Notes: generated from the letters alone by a model not told the origin. Counted from the first letter of the stretch, positions 22,363 to 34,242 are shown. The stretch is 64,000 bases of DNA from an uncultured Verrucomicrobiae bacterium (GCA_963764165.1 CAVXRD010000004.1:723812-787811), one strand, 5' to 3'. Program-made: numbers and translations.

Positions 22363-22782
22363 TCATTCTGGGATTGTCCTGCACCAATGGCAACCATGGC
22401 AGATAGGACAGCTTGAATCTCCTAAACCCCAGCAAAATTGACACTCGTTTTCAGTAAATTGAATTAACCAATTGCCATTCGATAGCGCCAAGTGAAAACG
22501 TCGCCGATGCATCTGCTTCTCGTCTTTATAAAATGGATTCCTATGAACAGTAATGACTACTGCCTCCAAATTCAAATCGGTGATATTGACAATAGCCTCA
22601 GATTGGAGCATCTGCAATCTGTATGTGCTTCGGTTTAACCGGTACTCCTCACAATAATATTTTTCTAAAAACGGAGTGCGGCTTGCGAAGTGTCGTTGCT
22701 CTTCAACACATCGCGAGTGAAGGAACTCGCGCATAAACTCTTCAATTGATGGCATACTTGCTGTGATCTGAGACGTGTACAT
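22363..22782 (-). CDS. Hypothetical protein with a C-terminal Cys cluster; candidate RHS immunity protein
   Basis: Directly downstream of the RHS C-terminus on the same strand. Ends CQFCWG...CPICHG..W. Confidence 0.55.
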   Translation of the reverse strand: MYTSQITASMPSIEEFMREFLHSRCVEEQRHFASRTPFLEKYYCEEYRLNRSTYRLQMLQSEAIVNITDLNLEAVVITVHRNPFYKDEKQMHRRRFHLALSNGNWLIQFTENECQFCWGLGDSSCPICHGCHWCRTIPE

Positions 22783-22882
22783 GCTTGCGCTTAACTTCTG
22801 GTCATAAATTAAAAAAGTATCTCGGCGGCCTTATCTGACTAATTCCACTTCTCAAATACATAACAGAGCCTCAACGTGAGAA

Positions 22883-25800
22883 TCATGGGATAGGTATAAG
22901 ATTGCGCGGAGGAAAAAGACGCGATACCTCACTACAGACCCAATAGGTCACCGTGCCAACTGTTGTCCAAAAGCAAAACTGCTTCTGTTGTTCTGTAACC
23001 GGCGGCAAAGTTATAACATTTGTCGGGCACGCGGGAACGGGAACTGGCACTGTGGGCGGTTTGGGTGGCGAAGGCGGTTTACACGCGTTTCGCATAGCGT
23101 TGGCTAGTCCAGCAACAGCTAGCACCTCCTGCATGGTTGGATCGTCTTTATCGTGTAATGCATTCACTGCGTCTTGATAGTTTTTAGTGGCTAGCGCACA
23201 AGCGAAACTATTAGGACCAGTCTGAGGGGTCGTTCCGTCTAAGCCGAGCGCATCATAGCCCTCTGTTGGCTGATTTTGTATGAACTCAAATAAATTATTA
23301 CCACCAATTATCTGAAGCAGTGCAATCACTCGAAGCATAACGCCGTTCCGAAATCTACGCAGCTCAAACCCGCTCTCTCCAATTGGGTCCCTATTTAGCC
23401 ACCTCTGAAGATTTGGATCATAATAGCGATAAGGATAATACATTAATCCGGAATTAAGGTGAGCCTCTTTTCCGGAAAAGCGATATAGATTTGCATCCGC
23501 AAGAATGCCGGCTTTCATCAGGCTGTTTCCGAAGGCATCATAAAGATATTCGGCAACAACGAAATTGGACGAATTAACCATCATTGTGACGTTGCCATTT
23601 GCATCAGAGTGGTAAAATGCAGCTTGGCCGGTTGTCATATCCGTTCGGGCAAGAAGTCCGCCAATGCCGCCGGCGCCCGTTAAACTCCCGCTCAAATCAC
23701 TGCCGCATGTGTAGGTCACGCTCGGCACATTATTTGCGTTGCGCTCCTGCACAACCTCGTTGCCGTCATAGACGTAATACACAATGTTTGTTTGAATCCA
23801 TGCTCCACCCTGGGACGTATATTCCTGTCGGATTCGGCGGCGCATTTTTCCATCGTACGTAAACTGGCTAAGCCATTGATTGGAAATTGAAACTTGAATC
23901 AGTTGGTTTTCGTCGTCATATGCGAAATTGCGCAAACCGTCGTTGGTCAGGTTGCCATTCCCATCGGTACTGAAAGATCCTGTTGGTGGAAAGGTTGACG
24001 GAGATGGTGTTGGTCGAGTGCCGCCCATAACTGTCAGACGCGATTGCGGTGTAGCCGGTTGTCAGCGGCATGTTCGCCGCCGCAAATGTTGCGTCGCCGT
24101 AACGCGCGGCGTTCGTGCCGTTGACTGCAACACTTGTTGCGGTTGAAGTGGTCATGCCCACAACAGTCAATGTGCCACTACCAGTGTTAGAGGTCAACTC
24201 GTTCAAATTGTTCACCTGAAACTTCTGGATCAAAGCGTTGTTCGTTCGGTAGGCAAGATTTCCAGCGGGGTCGAAGTTGTAGCCCAACTGTTCATTTAGG
24301 CGTAATGTGCCGCCAACGGCCTCGTAGGCCTGATCGCCGATTACTTGGCCTATGGCGTCGTAGGTGTAGTCAACAGAATTCTCACCGCCGCGTGTTACCT
24401 GAGTTCGTTGGTTTCCGTTATTGTACGTGTAGGCGTACAAATCCAGGTTCGTGCCACCGCGGTTGGCCAATGAGGTGACAATTGTTCTGCCATTCCCATC
24501 AAATGCGTTTGTGATGGCAGCGCCGCTTGGCAAAGCGATCTGCGAAACCAAGCGGCTTGCCGTCGTGGCTCCGCCGAGACCCGGATTGTAAGTGTAGGCG
24601 AAATTCCCGGCTGGTGAGCTGATGCTGCTCATGCGATTGACGCGGTCAAAACCGATAATCTGCGTCCAATCGGCAGTGTTAGGCTGTTGCAGGTCCAGCT
24701 TCCACCGCAGTCGGTCTGAATACGAGTACGACACAGTGTCGCTCGCCCAAGGGCCATCCTCGGAGGCAAGTTGTCCGGCCGGTGTGTACGTAAAGGTCGT
24801 TATGCCGACTCCGTCGGACATGCTGGTCATCCAGTTCATGGCATTATATGTGTTCGTAATCGGGTGGGAGGCCGCGTAGACAACGCTCGCCAAATTGCCC
24901 AGCGCATCGTAAGCATAAGTGGTATTCCCCTTAGCCAGGCTCCACCGGTTGGTCAGACGATTGTCCGCATCATAGCCGTAAGTTAATATCGTTGTTGCTG
25001 TCGCATCCACTTTGTTTGTAACGCGTCCGCAGAAATCGTATCCCCATGACGTAGTGGATCCATTTTGATCAATCAACGTACTCAAATTCCCCGCCGAGTC
25101 GTAGCTGTATCGGACAACGTTTAGCAAGGCGTTTGTTTCAGTAGTTTTCCTTCCGGCAGGGTCATATCCAAATAAGGTCGCATTTCCTAACTGATTCGTG
25201 TAAGCAGTTAATCCAAAGGGCGAATAGACGAAGCTTTCTGTTCCCCCATCAGCATAGGTACATGAGAGTATTCTTCCCAGTAGATCAAAAGCCGAAGACA
25301 TCATCACGCCATTCATATTCACCGAATTTGTCAATCTATCATTGATATCGTATGATTTGCGGTAGACCTGCCCGGCACTGTTGCCGGCGACATATCCAAG
25401 ACCCGTTTCATAGTTGTACAAGTTTGTGGTGCTAACGCCCGCCGAGTCAATGAAGTTCGTCCCCATGCCCCACGAGTCAAAATTCTGTAAAATCTCGTAT
25501 CCGTCAGGATAAATGACGCTGATCTGCCGACCAGCGTTGTCGTAGGAGAATGTCGTCAGGTTTCCGTTTGCATCCTGAATTGAATCCAATGCTCCGCACG
25601 AGCAGTAATTGTAAAGTGAGTAATATCCCAACGCATTTGTCACCGCGATTCCACGACGAACGCCGTCGTATCCAAAATACGTTGTATTTGTCAAAGGATC
25701 TGTCACAGCGGCGAGATCAAGTTTATTGTATGAATACGAAATCGTTCCGCGCGAATCGGAGGAACTCGTTACGCGCTGCAATGCATCGTATTCATAAGTC

Positions 25801-26175
25801 GTGGTTAAGCCCAGCGGATCTGTATATGTTAGGACCGTGTCATTGGAATAGGTAAATGAATTGCTTCTGCCAATTTGAATGGCGGTTGTTGATTGAACCC
25901 AATTCGAGTAAGGCCCGCCTGAGGTGTAATAATTGCTCGTAGTAAGGCTAGATGGCGATACTGTTGTAATCAGACGATTCTGTGCGTCATAAGTATAGGA
26001 TGTGACGTATCCAACCGCATTTGTATAATAGGTTAGTTGATGGTTCGAGTTATATGAGTAGCCTTCATCGATATTTCCTGTAGGCCCGATGTGGCCAATC
26101 AAATCCACTCCATTTGTTGAATAGATATACCGATTCGTCCGGAATAATGGCGTTACGGTCGTTGAGTCCGTGTAA
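22883..26175 (-). pseudogene. RHS/YD-repeat polymorphic toxin, 5'-truncated and frameshifted at ~23966
   Basis: Many YD repeats and core end RYYDPNLQRWLNRDPIG...YDALGL, then a variable tail. One extra base breaks FQYDGNGNLT. No N-terminus upstream of ~26175. Confidence 0.85.
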
Positions 26176-26316
26176 GGTTGGCTCCAATGCGGGAAAACGC
26201 GCGGCAGAATCCGCGCTGATTGCTCTCAGATTCCAAACTGTTCCTTCGGCGTAGCCGACATTGAAGTAATGGCTGCCTTTCTTTCGGGCTTCGGAGGCTG
26301 TAGAAAAGAATTCGAT

Positions 26317-28785
26317 TTAAAATAAACTCACTGCCGTTATTATCCCCAATTCTAATGTTTCTTTACCTATCTCAGCACCTAGCTGTTTTTTTATTTCTTC
26401 TACTGCATCCAGCCGTTCCTTTTCTAAGCCGGCTTCGACGAGACATCGCTTGATTTGCCACCAACCAGCATCCCAATGTTCGACTTTGTATTTCGCGGTC
26501 GGTAGATCTTTGAAATTCTCGAAGAAGGTTTTGTAAATTTCCAGGCCAAGCTCCAGAAGTTTTTCACTGGGTGCGTCCAGCTTTTGTTCCGTCAACCATT
26601 TGGCGACAAAGCGGTCATCTGGATCACGCTCAAGCGAGCGCGAAATATCAGAATCGGAAATCTTCCACTTCTCCACGGCGGAAACTTTATACGGGAAAAA
26701 GTGATTGATAATTTGAAAGGTTTTGTCTTTATATTGGACATTGCGAAGAGAAGCAGTGTGGTTGGAATCGGCAAAAAGACTCCATACGGCACACTGTCTT
26801 ACGAAACTAATACCGGGTTTTGTCTTCGGTTGAAGAAATTGGTCGCGGTCATTGATCCAGTTTTTCTTCACATTCTTACGGGCGGCGTGGACAACCATCG
26901 CCTTATCGAAATTCTCCGACACAACAGATAACGCGCCCGCGCTTACATACGGGCCGGAGAGTAATGCGACGTTGTTGTAATGTTGTACATCATTACCATT
27001 GCACATGAGCGAGGCGAGAAAACCTTTTGCGACACGGTCACGCACGTCGCCGTTGTCGCCTTTCACGGAAATCGCACTGCCAAGAGGAGGAAAAATTTCC
27101 GTGGCCGGCAGCCGTTCAATCCATTTACTCAAGAAGCGGTCGCGATGTTCGGCCACAATTAGCTTGCGGCCAATTTTGCTGGTATCGTCGTCCAGCACCG
27201 AGACTTCTATTTTTTGTGCTTCGAGTTTTTTCGGCTTTGCCAAATCCCAAACAAGAAAGCCGACCGGAAACGAATTGGTTTGTTGCGTGCCGGAAAATGT
27301 CGCCGATGAAAATACAAAGCCTTCCTCGAATCCAAATTGAAAAACATTGTCGCGGAATTTCTGGTCGTTGTTGGCGTTGATGTATTTCAGCGTGGAGAAA
27401 AGTCCGAGATGCGCTTGCTTGCCGGCAAACTCCTGCCGGATGCGAAAAAGAAATTGTGCGAAAAGCTCGCGCGAAACTTCGCCTAGGTCCCACTTGTGCA
27501 TGAGTGGTTGAATTTTTGTCCCGCTCACGCCCTTCTTGCTTTCGCCGGAGTAGCCCGCCTTCTGCGACGTGGCGAACGGCGGATTGATAAAGATGATCCA
27601 CTTGATGCTCGTGTCGTTAAGGTCGCGGATCAGATTCGACGGGCGTTTGCTTTGATGGTCAAATAAGGACTGGCTATCAAAGACTGTTTCCACATCGTCG
27701 TTGAGGTAGTCGTATTGGAAAACCGTCGCGCCTGGGAAAACTCGTTTGCAATGCTGCACATCCTCATGATGAAGTGTCGAAAGATAGATGCTTTTGTAGG
27801 CGTCCGCCGGAAGAAACCACTCCAGATTGCCGGTGCCCGCAGCCATGTCCCACAGCCGGTAATTTTTTGTCCACCATTTGGGCCCGATCACTTTTTCTAA
27901 ATAGCCATGTGCCTTTCGTGCGAATGCGACTGGCGTGAAAAATTCGCCGGTGAATCGGCGAATCGGCTCATCGGTCAGTCGGTCAACTTTTGCGAGAATG
28001 TTTCGAATGGCAGCGGCGTCTGTTATTTTGTCGTAATTAGACCAGAACCATTCGTATTCCTTTGGCAATATTTTCTTCGCACGGTTTTCATCTGGCCCGA
28101 TGTGGAATACCACCTTGTTTTCCTTCCGATCGTAGGTCGAACCGTCTGGTCTGATGTCACACAGAAAGTAACGCGAAGATTTCGTTCCATTACGAACGGC
28201 GTCGCCGAAACATTGATTCCAATAGTCATAAACCTCCTCGAAATTTTCCTCCGTGATGAGTTTCTTGACACGAAAATCTAAAGTGAGCTGTTCCGCGCGA
28301 TGATGCGTGAGGTTTTGGCTAAACAATTCGTATTCTGCTGCTTCAAGAACATCAAAAACCTTGATGGACTCCGTCTCCGCAAAAGCGTTGAGGTCGGTAA
28401 CCAGTTTGCCGTCAGGTTGGCTTGGCGCGAGTTCCCAATCATATTTTTTCTCATTGTCATAAAACTTCTGCCACTTTTTAGTTTCCGTAAAAAATGCGTG
28501 CTGCCCATCAGCAACGCAAACAACTGGCGGAACCACCTTGGTTGCATGGCCGAGGCGCAGCCGTCGAATGTAATACATCACTTGTGCGAGAACGGCGGCA
28601 CGGGAATTACGTTTCTGTAAGCTGCGGGAGAATTTGAATTCAAAAAATATTTCAGGTGAATAAAGGTCGTGACGAAATTCCGTGTCGTAATCCAATCCAA
28701 AATGTTCGGCGTAGGCGTGTTTCACTTCCTCTTCGGTCTTTGCTTTGACGAGTGCCTTATTGAAACTGGAAAATGTTTTTGCCAT
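26317..28785 (-). CDS. Type IIG-like restriction-modification fusion (nuclease plus N6-adenine methyltransferase)
   Basis: N-terminal EEEVK...D...EFK, GEFFTP, motif I WDMAAGTGNL, motif IV INPPF. Confidence 0.75.
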   Translation of the reverse strand: MAKTFSSFNKALVKAKTEEEVKHAYAEHFGLDYDTEFRHDLYSPEIFFEFKFSRSLQKRNSRAAVLAQVMYYIRRLRLGHATKVVPPVVCVADGQHAFFTETKKWQKFYDNEKKYDWELAPSQPDGKLVTDLNAFAETESIKVFDVLEAAEYELFSQNLTHHRAEQLTLDFRVKKLITEENFEEVYDYWNQCFGDAVRNGTKSSRYFLCDIRPDGSTYDRKENKVVFHIGPDENRAKKILPKEYEWFWSNYDKITDAAAIRNILAKVDRLTDEPIRRFTGEFFTPVAFARKAHGYLEKVIGPKWWTKNYRLWDMAAGTGNLEWFLPADAYKSIYLSTLHHEDVQHCKRVFPGATVFQYDYLNDDVETVFDSQSLFDHQSKRPSNLIRDLNDTSIKWIIFINPPFATSQKAGYSGESKKGVSGTKIQPLMHKWDLGEVSRELFAQFLFRIRQEFAGKQAHLGLFSTLKYINANNDQKFRDNVFQFGFEEGFVFSSATFSGTQQTNSFPVGFLVWDLAKPKKLEAQKIEVSVLDDDTSKIGRKLIVAEHRDRFLSKWIERLPATEIFPPLGSAISVKGDNGDVRDRVAKGFLASLMCNGNDVQHYNNVALLSGPYVSAGALSVVSENFDKAMVVHAARKNVKKNWINDRDQFLQPKTKPGISFVRQCAVWSLFADSNHTASLRNVQYKDKTFQIINHFFPYKVSAVEKWKISDSDISRSLERDPDDRFVAKWLTEQKLDAPSEKLLELGLEIYKTFFENFKDLPTAKYKVEHWDAGWWQIKRCLVEAGLEKERLDAVEEIKKQLGAEIGKETLELGIITAVSLF

Positions 28786-29284
28786 TTGTATCGCGCATGG
28801 GTTTAGCAGCCAGCACGGCAAAGTGCGAGAGAGAAATTTATCGTCGTTAATTTCCGCCTCTGTTCCAAAGGAAGCGGCTGCATCGTTTGGTGTGGGCTAC
28901 TTGCACTGTAACCAAGCGTGTGGCTCGTGCGCCAGCCCATTTGTGACGAAAGCGGCGTTGGGTTCGCAGCCCTTTAGCGGAGAATTCGACGCCCCGCTGG
29001 TAGCACCATTCAGTTTCTAGGAGGGACAAAACTTGCCTGTCGGAATGGAGCGCCAAACAGGGCGGAGCCGAGCGGTGGCTTGGGGGGGGCGGGCGCCTTT
29101 TGACGCGACGGGCGAGCACACAAGCGGAACGCAGGCTAGATTGACGCGCAATCGAGGCTGCCGAGTTTGGTCACGACTTCCTGGCGCATCTCAAGGTGAA
29201 CACGAATGGTGAATCTCCCGCCATGCGAAGCGCGCACAAAATGGTTTTAATAAATTCGCCGATGCAGGTGGCGGGCCTGACGGG

Positions 29285-29962
29285 ATGGGAGCCTGTCCAA
29301 AAAGCCTGTTTGACAAAATGGAAGCAGACGTTAGCATCCGCACAATTGAAATGAACGCTCGTGGTCCAAATCATGATGATTTCATGGTAAGCAGTTATCC
29401 AGTCGAAGTGACTGTGGGACAACTGAAGTCGTGGATTGCACAAAATGATGCGGCCTCCAAGAAAAACCTGTTGGATTTCATATATAACCGACTCAACTAT
29501 AGATATATCGAGCCATTGTTGCATGTTGCTCCGAAGGAATTTAAAAGCGGCTTTTTGATGATGGCATCTGCTTGCTTAATGATAGAGACACTGGAGTCGT
29601 TTTATGATGGAAGGGATGAAACGGAGTGGAAGGATGGCGGGCCGTCGTTTAAAAGGTTTTTTGAAAGGGAGAAGGTTTTCTTCCCAGGCTTCGCCGATGA
29701 TGGAGTTGATTTTTACAGCAACATACGATGTGGCATTCTCCACCAGGGAGAAACAAAAGGCGGGTATCGAATTCTAAGGAACGACGGGCCACTTCTCGAT
29801 TCCAATGCAAAATCGATTGAAGCAAATAAATTTTTGACAGCTCTAAAGAATTGCCTAGTCAACTATATTTACATCTTGACGGAAGCATCAAAAACCGGCT
29901 CGGAACGCTGGACAAAGGCAGTGGATAAGATCAATTTCATCTGCGGAAATTGCAAACGTTAG
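29285..29962 (+). CDS. HEPN-like protein (start uncertain; 29318 or 29383 also possible)
   Basis: All-helical prediction with CLMIETL and an RxxxxH motif, IRCGILHQ. Confidence 0.6.
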   Translation: MGACPKSLFDKMEADVSIRTIEMNARGPNHDDFMVSSYPVEVTVGQLKSWIAQNDAASKKNLLDFIYNRLNYRYIEPLLHVAPKEFKSGFLMMASACLMIETLESFYDGRDETEWKDGGPSFKRFFEREKVFFPGFADDGVDFYSNIRCGILHQGETKGGYRILRNDGPLLDSNAKSIEANKFLTALKNCLVNYIYILTEASKTGSERWTKAVDKINFICGNCKR

Positions 29963-30127
29963 GCGTGCTGGGTCTCGAAAAAACCTTCAACGATCTCTTC
30001 AATAACCGTGCGGAAAGGGTGCCTCACGACCCACAAACATGGTTTGTAGGGGCTCTCGCCCGTCACGATTGCCTTCCACGGCTTAACCGCCGCACCACTT
30101 GCTCCCAACGTGTCGTCCGGCTATCGC

Positions 30128-30204
30128 CCGACTTAAAAGCGTTCCCAAGGGCTGGCGGGTGCAGGTCATCTAGCCGATGTCCTTTACCAACGCTTTTAAG
30201 TCGG
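30128..30204. repeat. Perfect 16-bp inverted repeat with a 45-bp spacer
   Basis: CCGACTTAAAAGCGTT (30128..30143) and AACGCTTTTAAGTCGG (30189..30204). Confidence 0.9.
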
Positions 30205-30550
30205 CCGGCACAGTCCGATTGTCCTTTAGCCGCCGACACGTTGGGGGACTGGTATAGGACAAGGCGCTATCGCACCCACGACCGACCCGCTATCGCGACC
30301 GGTTCACGCGGGAAGCGTGGAGCACGAGCGTCGTTCGCGCTGAGGCGCGGAGTACGACGGGTTCGACACGGTCGTGCGGGCGATGCACCATAGGTAGCCC
30401 GCATGAGGAAACAGTTTTGCCGCCACTGCGGCCCGAAGAACAGCCGCGCCACCAAGCGCGACCTTTTCCGCGCGCCGGCCAGAAAACTTGCCTCTCGCGG
30501 CAACTTTACCGGACTACTCCAATCACTTTAAGGGCGTATCCTAGTGGTAT

Positions 30551-30787
30551 ATGAAAAAAACAAACAAAAGGAAAGGAGACGCGCCAAACGCATCGCAGAA
30601 GAAGCCGGGAAAAAGGGGTCGAGTTACAAAATTGCCCAAGATGGAGATGTATACGGTTTTGGGACTCGAACTGAGCAAAACCATTCTCGAGAAAGTTGCA
30701 GAAGTTGAGAAATCCGTGGAGATCCTGGCTCGTCAGAAGAAGCGGGAATTGGACTTGGAAGAAGCTGAGAGCGGAACAGATCAATAG
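30551..30787 (+). CDS. Small hypothetical coiled-coil protein
   Basis: ATG-started 78-aa ORF preceding the coupling-protein gene; no recognised motif. Confidence 0.4.
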   Translation: MKKTNKRKGDAPNASQKKPGKRGRVTKLPKMEMYTVLGLELSKTILEKVAEVEKSVEILARQKKRELDLEEAESGTDQ

Positions 30788-30945
30788 CCCCAATTCGGAT
30801 TTCAATACCAGCCGCCCTTACCTCGTCGGCTCGTCCCAAAAGCGGTTGTCGGCGTTCGCGCCCGGCAACGGGAGCGAGCCACAACGAAATTTCAAACGAC
30901 ACGGGGAATTTCGGCCTGGCAGGAGTGGCGGCTGGTCTTGGAACC

Positions 30946-32229
30946 ATGAATCCTGACGCATCCATTTTAATCGGAGATCGGCACGGGTGGGCAGACGCCT
31001 ACCCTTTCGGCATTTCCGCTGCCGATCATTGCCACCATGTGTATATTATCGGCAAGACCGGTTCAGGCAAAACGACGCTGCTCCGCAATTTGCTCATTCA
31101 GCATATCACCCTCGGTCATGGCGTCGGCCTCATTGACCCCCACGGCGACCTTGCCGAAGAACTCCTCAATCACATCCCGCCACCGCGAGCCGATCATCTG
31201 GTATATTTCAATCCCGGCGATCTTGAATTCCCCATTGGCCTCAATTTGCTCGCCAATGTCGAGCCGGACGACCGCCATCTGGTGGCCTCCGGCATTGTCG
31301 GGGCTTTCAAAAACATCTGGCGCGACTCATGGGGGCCGCGACTTGAATACATTTTATATAACGCCATAGCGGCTCTCTTGGATTGTCCCAACACGTCCCT
31401 TTTGGGCGTCAACCGGATGCTCACGGATGACAACTACCGTTCATGGGTCATCCGCCAGATCAAAGACCCGTTCATCCGCGCATTCTGGGCGGAGGAATAC
31501 GCAAGCTACGATCCCCGGTTCCAGCGTGAAGCCATCGCCCCGATTCAGAACAAACTGGGTCAATTTCTCTTAAATCCGGTGGTGCGAAATATTTTAGGCC
31601 AGGTCGCATCGAAAGTGAGCATCCCGTTTGTCATGGACAACAGCCGCCTCTTCATCGCCAATCTCTCCAAAGGCCGACTCGGGGCTGACAAGGCAAACCT
31701 GCTTGGTGCCCTGCTCACGACACAATTCCAACTTGGCGCGATGGCTCGGGCAAAGCGACCCGAATCCGAGCGACTGCCATTTTACCTCTACATCGACGAG
31801 TTCCAGAATTTCTCCACCGACGCGTTTGCCTCCATTTTAGCCGAGGCTCGCAAGTATCGTCTGTGCCTCACCATTTCCCACCAATATATCGACCAACTTA
31901 CGCTTCCGGTCCGTCAGGCGGTGTTTGGCAATGTGGGCACCTTGATTTCATTTCGCATTGGATATGCCGACGCGGAAGTCCTGGAGAAGGAGTTTGGCAA
32001 CACCTTTCCTCCGAGCGCCATTGCCGACCTTGCGCAATATGAAGCGATGGTGAAATTGCTTGAGGATGGAACCAACCGGGAACCGTTTCGGGCGAGAATG
32101 CGTGCGCCCTTGGAGAGCCGGGTGGGCCGTCGCGAGAAACTGATCGCCCGGTCACGGGAGCGGTTTGCAACTCCGCGAAGCAGTATCGAAGAAAAGTTGA
32201 ATCGCTGGATCGAAACGGATGCACATTGA
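30946..32229 (+). CDS. VirD4/TraD-like type IV coupling ATPase (short, no TM)
   Basis: HVYIIGKTGSGKT, IDPHGD, LYIDEFQNF and EARKY...HQ. Confidence 0.85.
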   Translation: MNPDASILIGDRHGWADAYPFGISAADHCHHVYIIGKTGSGKTTLLRNLLIQHITLGHGVGLIDPHGDLAEELLNHIPPPRADHLVYFNPGDLEFPIGLNLLANVEPDDRHLVASGIVGAFKNIWRDSWGPRLEYILYNAIAALLDCPNTSLLGVNRMLTDDNYRSWVIRQIKDPFIRAFWAEEYASYDPRFQREAIAPIQNKLGQFLLNPVVRNILGQVASKVSIPFVMDNSRLFIANLSKGRLGADKANLLGALLTTQFQLGAMARAKRPESERLPFYLYIDEFQNFSTDAFASILAEARKYRLCLTISHQYIDQLTLPVRQAVFGNVGTLISFRIGYADAEVLEKEFGNTFPPSAIADLAQYEAMVKLLEDGTNREPFRARMRAPLESRVGRREKLIARSRERFATPRSSIEEKLNRWIETDAH

Positions 32230-32236
32230 ACGCCCG

Positions 32237-32689
32237 TTATCCCAAACTCCGGCACGATTCAACGAATGCAACGAAATCGTCGTTTTGGAAAATCTTTGAT
32301 TTCTCCCACACCGCGTGCGGGATTGGCAGCGAGAAAAACGAGCAGACATCCCGGCGCAATCCCTCCAACTTGATGACGATGCCATCCTTTGTGGCGTAAT
32401 ATGCGCTCGAAAGATGCAGGATGACAAAGTTCACAAACTCCGCCTCGTCCGCAGTGACGGGCTTGTCTGTCAGATCAGCGGAGGGATCAAGAACACGCGC
32501 CAATACAGAGCGGCTGGAAAAGTGCTTCCAAATTTCTCGATGATTCGTCGTGATGGTGAGCAGATTGGCAATGCGCTGCGTTTTGGCTCCCGACCGAAGC
32601 GCAGCGGCTGTAAAGAGAAGACTGCCGACGATGCCGACAGCGTTTAAGAGATTCACCCAATTGTCGGCTATCCAACGAGGGCCTTCCAT
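32237..32689 (-). CDS. Hypothetical protein with an N-terminal TM helix
   Basis: LLNAVGIVGSLLFTA followed by a helical domain. Confidence 0.65.
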   Translation of the reverse strand: MEGPRWIADNWVNLLNAVGIVGSLLFTAAALRSGAKTQRIANLLTITTNHREIWKHFSSRSVLARVLDPSADLTDKPVTADEAEFVNFVILHLSSAYYATKDGIVIKLEGLRRDVCSFFSLPIPHAVWEKSKIFQNDDFVAFVESCRSLG

Positions 32690-32734
32690 GGCCCCATCCT
32701 ACCATAATCGGGTGAAATCAGAAAGACGGCTTAG

Positions 32735-34241
32735 CCGGAACGATGTAGTTGAAAAAAAGCCACCGATCGGGAACTGATTGGTGGTATATGAAATCAACAC
32801 AATCGTCGGACACACGCCCGGTTCACCAAACGGTGGCTGAACAATTTGAGATCAAAACCGGCGGCAAGACAATGGCAATTGGATTTACCGGGCAGCGGCT
32901 GAGTCCTCATGCTGGCAGCGCAACTTTTTGGGGATGGCTGCGGGAAACGGATTGGTCTGAACGCCTTGGGTCTGCTCTTCCGCATTCACTGCCTTTGTCC
33001 AACAACAATCTGCTGCCTCTGGAAAAAGCCCTGGCCTTTACTCATGGATTGCTGTGCGACGCGCGCAAGCTGACCCATGTCTCTTATTTGCGCCGTGATC
33101 CGGTGGCCCCTGAGTTAATCGGCGTCCGGCGAGTGGCCAGCCAATCGGTGCTTTCGCGCTTTTTTGCAAAGTTTGATTCGGCGGGGGGCCAACCTGCGAT
33201 GTTTTCGTCCGCTGTGGCATTGGGGCATGAAGCGGTTGCCCAGCGCCAAGGAGGGCTACACGCTGGATTTGGATTCGACGCGTTTGCTGCACGAGGATGG
33301 TCATCAGCAGGGAGTGGCGGTGGGATATACCCGAGTGGGACTCAAGCCCTGTTTGCATCCGCTGTTGGCTGTTCTGGCCGAAGTGAGGGTGGTGGCGCAA
33401 CTGTGGTTGCGCCCCGGCAACACTTCCTGTGGCAACAATGTCGCGGCGTTCTTTCTGGATTTATGGGAAAACTTGCCCACCCACCTCCGCCTGGGCGGGG
33501 TGCGGGCCGATTCGGGATTTTGCCTGCCTGAGTTATTGGCTTTGTGGGAGCAGCTAAACTTGCCGTATGTGGTGGTGGCGCAACTGAGCCAGCCCATCAA
33601 GAGCATCCTGCGCAGCGGCTTGGTCTGGACCCAGACCGAGGTGACGGGAACGGAAGTCGCCGAGTTGATGTATCAGAGCCTGCATTGGCCGCACCCGCGG
33701 CGTCTGGTCCTGATCCGTCATCGGGTGGCGGACAAAGACCGGGCGGGCGGCAAGAAACTCATCGACGTGCCGGGCTATCTGTTTCAAGCCCTGGTCACCA
33801 GCCTGCCGACAACCACCGCTCCATTGGAAGTGTGGCGCCACTACAACGGCCGGGCCGATTGTGAAAATGTGATCAAGGAACTGCGAGAGGGGTTTGCCCT
33901 GCCAACGCTGTGCCTGAAAAAGTTCTGGGCGACGGAGGCCGCCTTGAGCCTGGCCGCCATGACTTACAATCTGACGGTGTTATTTCAACGCCATTTGGGC
34001 TGGCAGAAAAAAGTCACTATCCAGACCCTGCGTTTCTGGTTGTTCATCACCGCCGGAGTGTTGAGTCATCCCGGCGGAAAAACCACCATCAAACTGGCGG
34101 TTCCACCTCGTGAACGGGCTTGGTGGGGACGATTATGGGAAAAAATCCTCAGTCCATTTCCCAACTGCAATGCAGTAGAAAATCGCCCCGCATTCAGTGG
34201 ATGAAATCTGTGAAAAATCAATCTCTACTACATGGTTCCGG
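32735..34241 (+). mobile_element. IS1380-family element
   Basis: Inverted repeats CCGGAACGATGTAGT / ACTACATGGTTCCGG (14 of 15 match) and a 5-bp duplication CTTAG on both sides. Confidence 0.92.
32788..34204 (+). pseudogene. IS1380 transposase with a +1 frameshift in the G6 run at 33183..33188
   Basis: LDLDST, LRPGN, RADSGF and YNGRADCENVIKELR. The two tracked ORFs join if one G is removed. Confidence 0.85.
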
Positions 34242-34242
34242 C

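Noticed and set aside
33183..33188. Programmed frameshift or phase variation in the IS1380 transposase
   Set aside because: IS1380 transposases are normally single ORFs, and other homopolymer indels in the window favour error or simple mutation.
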